Assembly: GCA_003559235.1 (NCBI GenBank)
Contig: PWME01000211.1
Span: forward strand, 1-46,425
Direction of reading: 5' to 3'
Source: Mollicutes bacterium
GTDB taxonomy: Bacteria > Bacillota_I > Bacilli_A > Izemoplasmatales > Izemoplasmataceae
DNA: 46,425 nucleotides
Part shown: positions 1 through 8,813 of the stretch, in pieces
How the letters are laid out: every line of letters starts with the position of its first letter
How positions within the stretch are numbered: the stretch's first letter is position 1
Translations under genes and position numbers: made by a program
The notes under the pieces: model-generated
Databases searched by the model: none
Told to the model about the DNA's origin: nothing
Seen by the model: the letters and a program-made list of their open reading frames with translations, nothing else

Positions 1-620
1 GCTTCAAATGCGGCCAATGCATCCTGAACTGAACCGCTTGCTTGTAATGTCGCAATACCGCTTTGTACATATCTAGGATAGGCTTTTTTGCCCATTGACC
101 CAACAATTAATGTATCCGCACCAAGTGACATAAGGAAGCGACGGCAGGCGATTTTTTTCGCGCCTTGGTCTGGTTCAACGCGATCTTGACGCACTAAGCC
201 TTCATCATTAAAGATTGCACGAATAAACGCATCCGCTTCACCAAAACATTCCGCAATACGTCCTTCCTTAACCGCGACAACGACAACATGCTCTTGGCTC
301 AACGAACGACAACGGCACGCAGGGTGATCGGCTTCTTCAATCTTGTAAGCCCCACCTTCAACACGAATCGCAGCCCCCTCAACGAGTGCTTGGGCAATCA
401 TTTTACGCCCTTCTTTGTAAAGCCTTTGCACGGTGGTCCTTGCGACCCCCATTAACGATGCGGCTTCTTCTTGGTTTAAGCTTTTATAGTCAATGAGTCG
501 AATGCTTTCAAACATTTCCACTGACATCGTTTTAACTTCATTGGCGGGAACCCCTTTTACCCCAAAAAGATTGACATCGGGTTCACAACATACCCGAACG
601 GTTTTTCTTGGTCTAGCCAT
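1..620 (-). CDS. DUF134 (UPF0251) helix-turn-helix domain fused to a NifX/NifB-like cofactor-binding domain; the C-terminus lies outside the window
   Basis: Absent from the ORF track because it is truncated. ATG at 620-618 (minus strand), with GGAGGA 6 nt upstream (complement of 627-632). My translation is MARPRKTVRVCCEPDVNLFGVKGVP...SVEMFESIRLIDYKSLNQEEAASLMGVARTTVQRLYKEGRKMIAQALVEG, the classic DUF134 pattern. It continues VVVAVKEGRIAECFGEADAFIRAIF...LGADTLIVGSMG, which is typical of the NifX-like fold. Confidence 0.7.
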   Translation of the reverse strand, partial: MARPRKTVRVCCEPDVNLFGVKGVPANEVKTMSVEMFESIRLIDYKSLNQEEAASLMGVARTTVQRLYKEGRKMIAQALVEGAAIRVEGGAYKIEEADHPACRCRSLSQEHVVVVAVKEGRIAECFGEADAFIRAIFNDEGLVRQDRVEPDQGAKKIACRRFLMSLGADTLIVGSMGKKAYPRYVQSGIATLQASGSVQDALAAFE

Positions 621-670
621 ATATTTTCCTCCTATTATTGACATATGTCCTTAATCATTCTACCATAATT

Positions 671-1432
671 TCATGATTCGTCAAGTATTGTTTCAATGAA
701 TGCCACAACCGCACTTAACGTTTGTGCTTGTTGTTCAGAATGGCTGATGGTCGCCTCTCCATCACCCCGTTGAAATCCATAGTGTCCAAATTGCGCGTGA
801 TTGCCACCTTCAATACTTATGTGTTCAGCATGCGATGGCAACCGTTCACGCGCTGCTTCATAGGCTGCTTGGTCTAATACATCATCGTTTGTGGCGGTAA
901 TGCTTAAAACCGGCATCGATAAATCTTTTAAATCTTGATTTGACCCTGGATAAGCGGCCAAAAAGATTAACCCATCCATCAAATCATCATCCACCACAAA
1001 TCCTAAAGATGCCCCACCAAGGGAATGCCCTATGCCAATCCACGGCAAATCATCATCATAACTTTCTTTTAATGACGCAAATTCGCCTTGACCTAAAATT
1101 GCCAAGTTCAGTGGCATCTTCGGTACATAAACTGTAAAGCCTTCTTGCGCCAACAGATCCGCAAAGAGTAAATACGCTTCCGTTTCCACAAGCCCACCTT
1201 GATAAAAGACAATTTTCGCGCGCGGTATTTCTGCCTTAACCACAATATAGTTGCGGTGTTCTTCTACGTTTTCACTGTCTAACATGGCACGGGCGTCATC
1301 TGATGCACTGTTGGTTAAGATAGATAACGACACAATTACCACAATCATTAAGACAACCGTCACAAGAAATATTCTAAACGTCCAACGTTTTAACCGATTC
1401 ATCACGTCACCATTTTTCTTATTTGTGGACAT
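671..1432 (-). CDS. membrane-anchored alpha/beta hydrolase
   Basis: ORF 671..1585 carries a GHSLGG nucleophile elbow (GxSxG) and an N-terminal TM helix (WTFRIFLVTVVLMIVVIVSLSIL). The first 51 codons overlap the divergent gene at 1534 and look non-coding, so the start is more likely M52 (1432) or M62 (1402, weak GGTGA). The start is uncertain. Confidence 0.6.
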   Translation of the reverse strand: MSTNKKNGDVMNRLKRWTFRIFLVTVVLMIVVIVSLSILTNSASDDARAMLDSENVEEHRNYIVVKAEIPRAKIVFYQGGLVETEAYLLFADLLAQEGFTVYVPKMPLNLAILGQGEFASLKESYDDDLPWIGIGHSLGGASLGFVVDDDLMDGLIFLAAYPGSNQDLKDLSMPVLSITATNDDVLDQAAYEAARERLPSHAEHISIEGGNHAQFGHYGFQRGDGEATISHSEQQAQTLSAVVAFIETILDES

Positions 1433-1533
1433 TATACCAAAAAGATTTTTATGCTGCACGCAATTGACATTATTAATTTGCTTGCATACACTAAAGATGC
1501 AGTCTTTATAAACAAAACTACCAAAGGGGGATT

Positions 1534-2301
1534 GTGATGCGCTTAGAATGGTTTGAAATGATTGTAAAGCGTACCTATAAACCATGGCTTATTACGTTAC
1601 TCATAATGGCCTTATTTAAAGGCCTAATCTTTTCACTGTACAATACAACGTACGCTTCTAAACTCGACAATGCCATTGCCACGCTTCCGCGCGTGGTTGC
1701 TCAATCAATGGGATTCATCATTAACGATAATACCTTAGAAAGCTTTTTAATAACGTATTATTACAATGCATTATTTTTCATCGCCATGATTGTATTTTTC
1801 TTTATCGTTATGAAGGCATTGAACAAGGCACCCCTAACCATGCAACGCGGTGATTCACCGCACTTAGTCAATATCACAAAAACAAAAGCGCTAAGCATGA
1901 TTGGCATAACGATAGATTTCATGATCGTGTTAACCCTTTTGGGACTCCTTATGGGATCGCAGATACATCCAAGTGCATTTAACACAAGTCTCTATTTAAC
2001 AATAAATGTGAACGTCCTCATGGTATTAATCATCCTAGGGGCTTTATGTTTTGCATGCACTCAGATAAGCAAAACCATGACACTCGCCAATCTATCGTTC
2101 ATAACACTTCTTGTATTATGGTTTGGGTTTGTACGGCTATTAGAAACCACCATCAATGCAAAATATTTTGCACAATTTCGCCTTTTTGATTTATCGCAAA
2201 CCCTAACACCAACCCGCACAGCGTTCTTCTTCATCCTCTCGATAATGTTTTATGGCATCACGCTCATTAAAGCACGCCATGAAGCACCTAATACGTCTTA
2301 A
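1534..2301 (+). CDS. polytopic membrane protein, ABC-2-type permease-like
   Basis: 255-aa ORF with about 6 hydrophobic helices. GGGGGA lies upstream of the GTG/ATG start. No partner ATPase is adjacent, so the function is not assignable from sequence. Confidence 0.5.
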   Translation: MMRLEWFEMIVKRTYKPWLITLLIMALFKGLIFSLYNTTYASKLDNAIATLPRVVAQSMGFIINDNTLESFLITYYYNALFFIAMIVFFFIVMKALNKAPLTMQRGDSPHLVNITKTKALSMIGITIDFMIVLTLLGLLMGSQIHPSAFNTSLYLTINVNVLMVLIILGALCFACTQISKTMTLANLSFITLLVLWFGFVRLLETTINAKYFAQFRLFDLSQTLTPTRTAFFFILSIMFYGITLIKARHEAPNTS

Positions 2302-2331
2302 CGAAAAATTGACTTAGCAGGTAATCGTTGC

Positions 2332-2360
2332 TTGAAAACCGCGTCATCATACGTTATAAT
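2332..2360 (+). promoter_or_regulatory. sigma-A type promoter of the mgtE leader
   Basis: TTGAAA (2332-2337), 17-nt spacer, TATAAT (2355-2360). It sits about 15 nt upstream of the M-box. Confidence 0.55.
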
Positions 2361-2369
2361 GCACTATGG

Positions 2370-2527
2370 AGACACTGTTAGGTGAGGCTCCTGTATGAAT
2401 ACACGCCGCTACCGAGAAACGTCGAAAGACGCCAACCGGTTAACATGCACTGCCGGATTAAGGTTTTGCATAACGTGGCTATCACGTCATACAGTGCCAA
2501 AACTCAACGACGGGTCACACCTTTTTT
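2370..2527 (+). promoter_or_regulatory. M-box (ykoK leader) Mg2+ riboswitch aptamer
   Basis: GTTAGGTGAGGCTCCTGTATGAATACACGCCGCTACCGAGAAACGTCGAAAGACGCCAACCGGTTAAC...TAAGGTT...ATACAGTGCCAAAACTCAACGA matches the conserved M-box core as I remember it from B. subtilis mgtE (GUUAGGUGAGGCUCCUGUAU...GACGCUAAUGGGUCAAC...ACAGUGCUAAAGCUCUACGA). It lies upstream of mgtE. Confidence 0.88.
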
Positions 2528-2528
2528 G

Positions 2529-2552
2529 GATGGCCCGTGGCCATCTTTTTTT
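2529..2552 (+). terminator. intrinsic terminator (M-box expression platform)
   Basis: GATGGCC-CGT-GGCCATC hairpin (2529-2545) followed by a run of 7 T. Confidence 0.75.
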
Positions 2553-2706
2553 GGAGGAGGCGGTTGAATGATTCGAATACGTGAAAAAGATCCAGGCATT
2601 AAGCGCGTATGTGCCACGGTTTTTTTCATACACCGCCTTGAAAGTTTAGGCCATACGCGCTAACTTCCATTACATACCATTTAATCCCAATAAAGGAGGA
2701 ACCCCC

Positions 2707-4077
2707 ATGGATAAAGAACATGTTGCGACACTGAAATCATTGCGTCGCTTAATTGATACAAACCAAAAAGAAGCATTAAAAGATAAGATCAATAGTTTAG
2801 AAAATTATTTGCTTGCCGATATGATTGAACTTTTAGAACCAGAAAAACAAGTCGTTGTATTTCGTTTAATGGATAAAGATACCGCGCTTGATGTATTCGA
2901 ACATCTTGAGACAGAAATCCAACAAGATTTATTACAAAACTTTACCGATGAACGTGCCTTAGAGTTCTTCAAAGGCTTAGAACCCGATGATAGAGCCGCA
3001 TTAATGGATGAACTGCCAGCGAAAGTCGCAAAAAAACTCTTGCTTTCACTATCGAAGAAAGAAAAAGATTTAACCACCCTCGTCATGGGGTATAACGCTG
3101 GTACAGCGGGTCATATCATGACCCCAAAGTATATTTCCTTTAAACAAGGCACCACTGTACAAGACGCTTTAGATAAAATTAGAATGGTTGCTGATGAAGT
3201 TGAAACCATCTATCACTTGTATGTGACAGACCGGACACGCAAGCTTGAAGGCATGATTATGCTTAAAGATTTAATAACCGCTGAACCGGGTGCATTAATT
3301 GAAACCGTTATGGTTGAAAACCCACTGCATGCGGTTCACGATGTTAAAGACGAAGTCGTTGCGAAAATGTTGCAAGACTCTGACTTGCTCGCCATCCCGA
3401 TTGTTGATAAAGAACACCGTTTACTCGGTGTCGTCACCGTAGATGATGCGTTTGATGTATTGGAAGAAGACGCCATCGACCGTGAATTTACAACCGCTGG
3501 TTTTATCGACTTTGCCGGAAAAGAAATTGACCGTTCACGCGTTTTAACAACCGGAAAGTTATGGGAAATATGGCGTGTTCGCGTTCCCTTCCTCATTATC
3601 ACGTTGATTGGTGGTATGTTAGCGGGTGGGGTCATTAGTGGTTTTGAAGAAACCCTTGGTACATTCACCGTGCTCGCTTTCTTCATCCCAGTTGTCATGG
3701 ACTTGGGCGGGAATGTCGGTACCCAATCATCAACCATTTTCACCCGCGCAGTCGCACTGGGCCACATCGATTTTAAACGGTTTATTAAACAATGGTTAAA
3801 AGAAGTAACCGTAGGCGTCACGATGGGGCTAATGCTTGGTGTTGCTGGGGCGTTGATTGCTTTCATATGGCAAGGCGATATTCAGCTTTCGATTGTCATA
3901 TTCACGGCTTTGCTATTTACGATTACCATCGCCACAGCACTTGGTTTCATTGTCCCCTATCTCATGTTAAAAATCGGGGCGGATCAAGCGGCCGCAAGTG
4001 CGCCTTTCATCACGACTGTAAAAGACATTACCGGACTCTTTATTTTCTTCTTCTTAGCCTCAATCTTAATGCTTTAA
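2707..4077 (+). CDS. mgtE: magnesium transporter MgtE
   Basis: 456 aa with an MgtE N-domain, a CBS pair (IMTPKYISF...; LLAIPIVDKEHRLLGVVTVDDAFDVLEEDA) and a C-terminal 5-TM MgtE channel domain (PVVMDLGGNVGTQSS). AAGGAGG RBS. Preceded by the M-box. Confidence 0.95.
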   Translation: MDKEHVATLKSLRRLIDTNQKEALKDKINSLENYLLADMIELLEPEKQVVVFRLMDKDTALDVFEHLETEIQQDLLQNFTDERALEFFKGLEPDDRAALMDELPAKVAKKLLLSLSKKEKDLTTLVMGYNAGTAGHIMTPKYISFKQGTTVQDALDKIRMVADEVETIYHLYVTDRTRKLEGMIMLKDLITAEPGALIETVMVENPLHAVHDVKDEVVAKMLQDSDLLAIPIVDKEHRLLGVVTVDDAFDVLEEDAIDREFTTAGFIDFAGKEIDRSRVLTTGKLWEIWRVRVPFLIITLIGGMLAGGVISGFEETLGTFTVLAFFIPVVMDLGGNVGTQSSTIFTRAVALGHIDFKRFIKQWLKEVTVGVTMGLMLGVAGALIAFIWQGDIQLSIVIFTALLFTITIATALGFIVPYLMLKIGADQAAASAPFITTVKDITGLFIFFFLASILML

Positions 4078-4083
4078 AAAACA

Positions 4084-4109
4084 AAACGACCATCGCTGGT
4101 CGTTTTTTA
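4084..4109. terminator. bidirectional intrinsic terminator between convergent mgtE and the mhqD-like gene
   Basis: ACGACCA-TCGC-TGGTCGT hairpin flanked by an A-run and a T-run. Confidence 0.7.
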
Positions 4110-4709
4110 TTGGTGCTTCGCTATCCAAATCTTTAAGGTATCAACGGTTTCATGGGTTAACTGATGGCCACCATCAGACCATTGCAAAAACAATGAGGCA
4201 TTGGCACCTTCAAACCGTTCTTTTAACATCACCGTCTCTTGCTTTGGGGCGATGGTATCATTAATGCCAGCCGCTATAAACACATTTACCCCTACTAAGT
4301 TTTGACACGCTTTATCCTTATAAGGCGTCATCGGATGCAAAAGCACGGCATGCTGAAGTATATTACCATAATCATTTAGCAAGGCCGCAATAATATTCGC
4401 ACCATTAGAGTAGCCTATCGCAATGGCTTTTTCTAAGGAAAAGTCATAACGCTTTGCTTTTTCAATAAGCCACTCTTTTAAGTTTTTCGCCCGCATAGCA
4501 ACATCATCTTCATCAAAAACCCCAGGGGCAATCCGTTTAAAAAACCGGTTCATACCCCCTTCATTCACATCGCCACGCAATGATAAAATTGGTGCGTTTG
4601 GTAACACGGTTTTTGCGATGGGGATGAGATCGTATTCATTACCACCTGTCCCATGCAATAAAATCAACGTTGGGTAATTGTTGTTTCCTGATTCATACAC
4701 ATACTCCAT
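4107..4709 (-). CDS. mhqD: phospholipase/carboxylesterase-family hydrolase, MhqD (YodD)-like
   Basis: 200 aa. LILLHGTGGNEYDL...GMNRFFKRIAPGVFDEDD...IAIGYSNGANIIAALL...GGHQLT aligns closely along its whole length with B. subtilis MhqD as I recall it. Confidence 0.8.
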   Translation of the reverse strand: MEYVYESGNNNYPTLILLHGTGGNEYDLIPIAKTVLPNAPILSLRGDVNEGGMNRFFKRIAPGVFDEDDVAMRAKNLKEWLIEKAKRYDFSLEKAIAIGYSNGANIIAALLNDYGNILQHAVLLHPMTPYKDKACQNLVGVNVFIAAGINDTIAPKQETVMLKERFEGANASLFLQWSDGGHQLTHETVDTLKIWIAKHQ

Positions 4710-4715
4710 GAAACA

Positions 4716-5309
4716 TCACTCCGGTCTTTTTAAAGTAATCCGTTTACCTAACAACGCATAATCATTGCCAGACAAACGGCCAACAGGGTTTAATTTCATC
4801 ACATTAACGCGCCCATCAACCATAATCGATTGATCGACATAAATACGTTGAATCCTACCAATAATCATCGTGGTATCGTCAAAAGCCACCGTGCGCTCAA
4901 GCGCACATTCAAACCGCGCTTTGCTTTCTTTTATACCAGGCACACGGGTAGTGTCGCTGTCTACTAATGTGAACGCGGTTTGCGCCAGTTCGCTTTCATG
5001 ACGCTTTAAAGGTGCCGCAGTTTTATTCATGTCTTCCATCATCGCTTCATCGACCACATTAACCACGAACGCACCATGGTCTAAGATGTTTTTTGCGGTA
5101 TCTTTTAAAGACTGCAATCGATGGCCTAAGGCAATTGAAAGCCGCGGTGGTTCAGCACTTACGGCATTAAAATAGCTAAATGGTGCCACATTAATAACCG
5201 CATTCGGACCAAGACTACTCACCAAAGCAATGGGCCTAGGCACAACAAGCGATGTCATAAGATTATATACATCGCGCTTGCGCATTTTTTCTGGGTCATA
5301 GTGATTCAT
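4716..5309 (-). CDS. flavin reductase-like (FMN-binding split-barrel) protein
   Basis: 197 aa. VVPRPIALVSS...NVAPFSYFNAVSAEPP is the flavin-reductase-domain signature. A 4-nt overlap with the upstream dioxygenase gene indicates an operon. Confidence 0.75.
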   Translation of the reverse strand: MNHYDPEKMRKRDVYNLMTSLVVPRPIALVSSLGPNAVINVAPFSYFNAVSAEPPRLSIALGHRLQSLKDTAKNILDHGAFVVNVVDEAMMEDMNKTAAPLKRHESELAQTAFTLVDSDTTRVPGIKESKARFECALERTVAFDDTTMIIGRIQRIYVDQSIMVDGRVNVMKLNPVGRLSGNDYALLGKRITLKRPE

Positions 5310-6241
5310 GGTTTAACCTCGCGCACGCGAATCGCTGGCAACTGTTTTTCTAAATGCGACCGCAGGTGTTCGTGCTGTTTAGGCAGTTTTAATGCACACC
5401 CGAGTTCATCAATCGACTCATCAACCGTGAAGCCTGGTTCATCGGTCGCAATCTCAAACAATACGCCACCCGACTCACGAAAGTAAATTGAATAAAAATA
5501 ATCCCTGTCAATAAACGGGGTTACTCTAAACCCGTGATTGCGTGCAGCGCTGCGGAACCCTTCATGCGCGTCACTATGTTCTGCACGAAAGGCAATATGA
5601 TGGACCGTGCCAACACCCATTGCCCCAAACGATGGCGCTTTACTTACATCGATGGTGCTGCCTAAAGGACCAGCACTTTTAAACCGTTTTGTGCCGTTAT
5701 TACTCGATGCATATTCATAGCCTAATAAATCGGTTAAGACGATACTTGTCGCATCGGGGTGCGCTGAATAAAGTTCTGCACCGATAAAGCCCCTTATGGC
5801 TTCACGCGATGAAACCCCATTAAACGCATACGTATTGATTGGCATATTATCGCGTTCAATAAGCGCAAGTTTTAACCCGTGTGGATCAGTAAAAAACAGC
5901 GCCGTTTCATCAAACCATGTTTTGCGAGTTACCTTTACCCCAAAAGCATGCAAACGCTTTTCCCAAAAATCTGACGTATTGGGCGCAATCGCATAATAGG
6001 TTATCCCAACTTGACCGTTGCCGATAACGCCTTTTTGAGCGCCCGGCCACGGGAAAAAAGTAATCGCAGTACCAGGATCACCCTCTGCATTACCAAAATA
6101 TAAGTGATACGTTGTAGGATCATCAAAGTTTACCGTTTTTTTCAAAAACTTAAGCCCAAGAACACCCGCATAAAAATCCATATTTTCTTGTGGGTCATCC
6201 ACAATCGCGGTTATATGGTGAACTCCTTGTGTGATTGGCAT
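5306..6241 (-). CDS. ring-cleaving dioxygenase, glyoxalase/VOC family (MhqA/MhqE/MhqO-like)
   Basis: 311 aa. GVHHITAIVDDPQENMDFYAGVLGLKFLKKTVNFDDPTTYHLYFGN and a second VOC repeat (VHHIAFRAE) match the Mhq-type hydroquinone dioxygenases. Confidence 0.8.
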   Translation of the reverse strand: MPITQGVHHITAIVDDPQENMDFYAGVLGLKFLKKTVNFDDPTTYHLYFGNAEGDPGTAITFFPWPGAQKGVIGNGQVGITYYAIAPNTSDFWEKRLHAFGVKVTRKTWFDETALFFTDPHGLKLALIERDNMPINTYAFNGVSSREAIRGFIGAELYSAHPDATSIVLTDLLGYEYASSNNGTKRFKSAGPLGSTIDVSKAPSFGAMGVGTVHHIAFRAEHSDAHEGFRSAARNHGFRVTPFIDRDYFYSIYFRESGGVLFEIATDEPGFTVDESIDELGCALKLPKQHEHLRSHLEKQLPAIRVREVKP

Positions 6242-6313
6242 GATTATTCCTCCATCTCTTTACATCTATAGTATAGCAACAGATTACCTTACATAAAAAC
6301 AAGATGCACACAA

Positions 6314-6337
6314 AGAAAAAAGCGGCGAACCGCTTTT
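6314..6337 (-). terminator. intrinsic terminator
   Basis: On the minus strand, AGCGG-TTCG-CCGCT followed by TTTTT, directly after the stop of the EIIC-like gene. Confidence 0.65.
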
Positions 6338-7328
6338 AAACTTCAGCCAACCTTAAATCCCCAGCCCCAATCCAGCCACGCTTTCTAAATATGCCATCAA
6401 GCACCCAAACAAATGCAATCGGCAACACAAAATGAAGCAGTCCGATCCGCCATAAAACATCAAAGGTATTGCCCATCGCATCAAGCGTCGCAATTTGCCC
6501 TATCAATGCGCTCGTACCCATACCCGCGCCTGAATAGTGCGTTTCTAGGGTAAATAGTACGGTAGATAATGGGCCTAATACCAATGAAGCAATGATGGGG
6601 GGCAACCAAATAATAGGCTTCTTTAAGACATTTTTAAATTGAATCATTGACGTGCCAAACCCAATCGATAACACCGTTCCAATCGAATTATCTTTGCGCG
6701 ACATGACCGCAAAGCCAAGCATCTGCACAGCACCCCCAACAACCGCTGCACCCCCTGCAATACCAGAAAGTTGTATTGAAACCGCAATCGCAGCACTAGA
6801 AATAGGCGAGGTAAGCGCAATGCCCATCGTGACCGCAATAACCGCACCCATCAATAACGGGCGGTACGCGGTTGCGCTTTGAATGCCGTCTTCAATCCAT
6901 GTCATCACTTCCTCAACCGGTGGCGCAATAAGCAACGTAACTATGAGGGCTATAAACCCACTCACAAGTGGTATAAGGACAATATCAAGCGGCGTCTTTT
7001 TCACAAAGACTAACCGCAGCACACTGACTGCCGCAACACTCGTTATATACGCCACAACCGGATCATTGCCCGCTAAAGCCGTCGCAATACCACCAGCCAT
7101 CGCCCCCGCAATTAGCGGTAAACCAGTTAGTTTTACACTCCATGCAACCCCAAGGCCAATCCCAACACCCATTAACCCAATGAGTGCGTTTGATAAGTCT
7201 TGAATGGCATCAATGCCACTCAGTGTGGCAATTTGTCCAATAATGACCCCAATAATTAATGTTGAAAACAGCCCAAGGGCCATGCCGTTTAACGTAACCA
7301 CAAAAAAGCTTAATATGCGTTTTTTCAT
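6336..7328 (-). CDS. PTS EIIC-like (PTS_EIIC_2 type) polytopic membrane protein
   Basis: Gly/Ala-rich polytopic protein with LNGMALGLFSTLIIGVI near the N-terminus. Start moved to M23 (ATG 7328, AAGGGA upstream), because the first 22 codons (MLAFKRVWCDNRCDK...) look non-coding. No EIIA or EIIB gene is nearby. Confidence 0.55.
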   Translation of the reverse strand: MKKRILSFFVVTLNGMALGLFSTLIIGVIIGQIATLSGIDAIQDLSNALIGLMGVGIGLGVAWSVKLTGLPLIAGAMAGGIATALAGNDPVVAYITSVAAVSVLRLVFVKKTPLDIVLIPLVSGFIALIVTLLIAPPVEEVMTWIEDGIQSATAYRPLLMGAVIAVTMGIALTSPISSAAIAVSIQLSGIAGGAAVVGGAVQMLGFAVMSRKDNSIGTVLSIGFGTSMIQFKNVLKKPIIWLPPIIASLVLGPLSTVLFTLETHYSGAGMGTSALIGQIATLDAMGNTFDVLWRIGLLHFVLPIAFVWVLDGIFRKRGWIGAGDLRLAEV

Positions 7329-7414
7329 CTCATCGTGTCCCTTCAACGTTTTATCGCACCTATTGTCGCACCAAACCCTTTTGAAAGCAAGCAATACCCT
7401 TAACCATTTTCATT

Positions 7415-7443
7415 TTGTTTATACCCATGTTATAGGCTATAAT
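7415..7443 (+). promoter_or_regulatory. candidate promoter
   Basis: TTGTTT, 17-nt spacer, TATAAT (7438-7443), upstream of the TspO-like gene. Confidence 0.4.
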
Positions 7444-7471
7444 AAATTATCCCCTTAAAGGACGTGTGACC

Positions 7472-8224
7472 ATGTCAAAACCATTCGCATTGAAACTTTA
7501 CATTGCCTTTTTGACATTGTTTGTGATTGTCATGAACATCCTCGCCAACGCTATGCCGTTTTTTGGCAATACAACAGGAGAAATCTCTGCACGCTATGAG
7601 ACATTATTTACCCCTGCTGGCATCACTTTTTCGATATGGGGTGTTATTTATGCGTTAAGTGTCCTGTTTGCCTTACGCTTTTTTACCTATGATATTATGA
7701 CACACCGCACCATGTGCTTACGTATTGCAAAAGCGTATACAGGGCTATCTTTAGCGAATGTAGTGTGGTTATTCCTTTGGCATGCTGAGCTTATTATAGT
7801 ATCGTCTCTTGTTTTGTTTATTGCCTTAGCGTGTGCAATCTATTTGGCATTGCACTACCGTATGGCCAATACAATCGAAAGAACATTCTTTACCATCTAT
7901 GCAGCATGGTTAAGTGTTGCCGCTATCGCCAATGTGACAATAGTGATTGTCGCAAGCACTATTACTTTGCCCTTTTCACCCCTCCTATGGACCATTGCAG
8001 TTTTAATCATCGCATCGCTTATCAGTTTTCGCGCTTCAATTACATTAAAGTCTCAAGCCTTTACCGCTGTTATCCTGTGGGCGTTTTTTGGCATTGCCTT
8101 AAGGCACGCACCCCATGCCCCAAACCAAGAAACACCCTTATTTATTACCACTTTCTTGCTTATGGGTGTGCTGATTATTACACTCTTTTTACAACCAAAA
8201 GAAAAACCGGCTAAGACCGGTTAA
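7472..8224 (+). CDS. TspO/MBR-related tryptophan-rich membrane protein
   Basis: LANAMPFFGNTTGEISARYETLFTPAGITFSIWGVIY resembles the long TspO/MBR-family proteins of Gram-positive bacteria. About 7 TM helices. ATG 7472 sits 9 nt after AAAGGA and is preferred over GTG 7466. Confidence 0.5.
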   Translation: MSKPFALKLYIAFLTLFVIVMNILANAMPFFGNTTGEISARYETLFTPAGITFSIWGVIYALSVLFALRFFTYDIMTHRTMCLRIAKAYTGLSLANVVWLFLWHAELIIVSSLVLFIALACAIYLALHYRMANTIERTFFTIYAAWLSVAAIANVTIVIVASTITLPFSPLLWTIAVLIIASLISFRASITLKSQAFTAVILWAFFGIALRHAPHAPNQETPLFITTFLLMGVLIITLFLQPKEKPAKTG

Positions 8225-8751
8225 TCAATAGATTTTCCCATTTCAATGCGTACTTCACCGTTTTGAACATCATGATTTGAATACGCCATCAAATCAAACC
8301 CAATCACTTTATACCCACAGGCTTCATAAAACCGAATGGCATCTATGTTACACGACTGTGTCTCTAAAACAATCGCACGCGCCTTCAATGCTTTTGCACG
8401 ACTTTCTGCAAACGCCATTAACGCTTTACCGATGCCTTGATGACGAGATTTTGCATTCACGAGCAACTCCGTAATACGCACCCGCTTTGCATAGGCTAAA
8501 TAATCAATTTCTAACACTCCAACACGCTTTTCATCCAAAAAATACCCATACGCTTCTGGCGCCTCACAATGTGAAGCATACAATTGCCCTTCAAACGATT
8601 TATCAAGCAACGTAGGAAGCGGCTTTTTTATTAGGATAAAACGTAATTCATTCGCATCTTCTGAAATGTCAAATGCATAATGACTTCGAGTATAATAATG
8701 AAACGACAACACTTCGCCCGCGTGTTTATCTTTTGGCAACGCTTTAATCAT
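8221..8751 (-). CDS. GNAT-family N-acetyltransferase (streptothricin acetyltransferase SatA/YyaR-like)
   Basis: 176 aa. The acetyl-CoA motif is RHQGIGKALMAFAESRAKALKARAIVLETQSCNIDAIRFYEACGYKVIG. AAGGAG RBS. Confidence 0.7.
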   Translation of the reverse strand: MIKALPKDKHAGEVLSFHYYTRSHYAFDISEDANELRFILIKKPLPTLLDKSFEGQLYASHCEAPEAYGYFLDEKRVGVLEIDYLAYAKRVRITELLVNAKSRHQGIGKALMAFAESRAKALKARAIVLETQSCNIDAIRFYEACGYKVIGFDLMAYSNHDVQNGEVRIEMGKSID

Positions 8752-8813
8752 CGGTTTTCTCCTTTTTCAATAAGAAACCGGAGACTTGCAGAACGCCTCC
8801 GGTCATCTCATAT

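Noticed and set aside
1433-1585. N-terminal extensions offered by the ORF track (also 16766..17617, 30536..31993, 42906..43613, 6336..7394 and 15433..16659)
   Set aside because: In each case an internal ATG is preceded by a proper GGAGG-type SD and matches the N-terminus of homologs. The extension overlaps a neighbouring gene or promoter.
3336-3866. 176-aa minus-strand ORF inside mgtE
   Set aside because: It is an antisense shadow of a confidently identified gene, with no SD.
6652-7458. Three consecutive plus-strand ORFs (76, 106 and 84 aa)
   Set aside because: They are antisense shadows of the Gly/Ala-rich EIIC-like gene. They are Pro/Thr/Ala-rich and lack an RBS.
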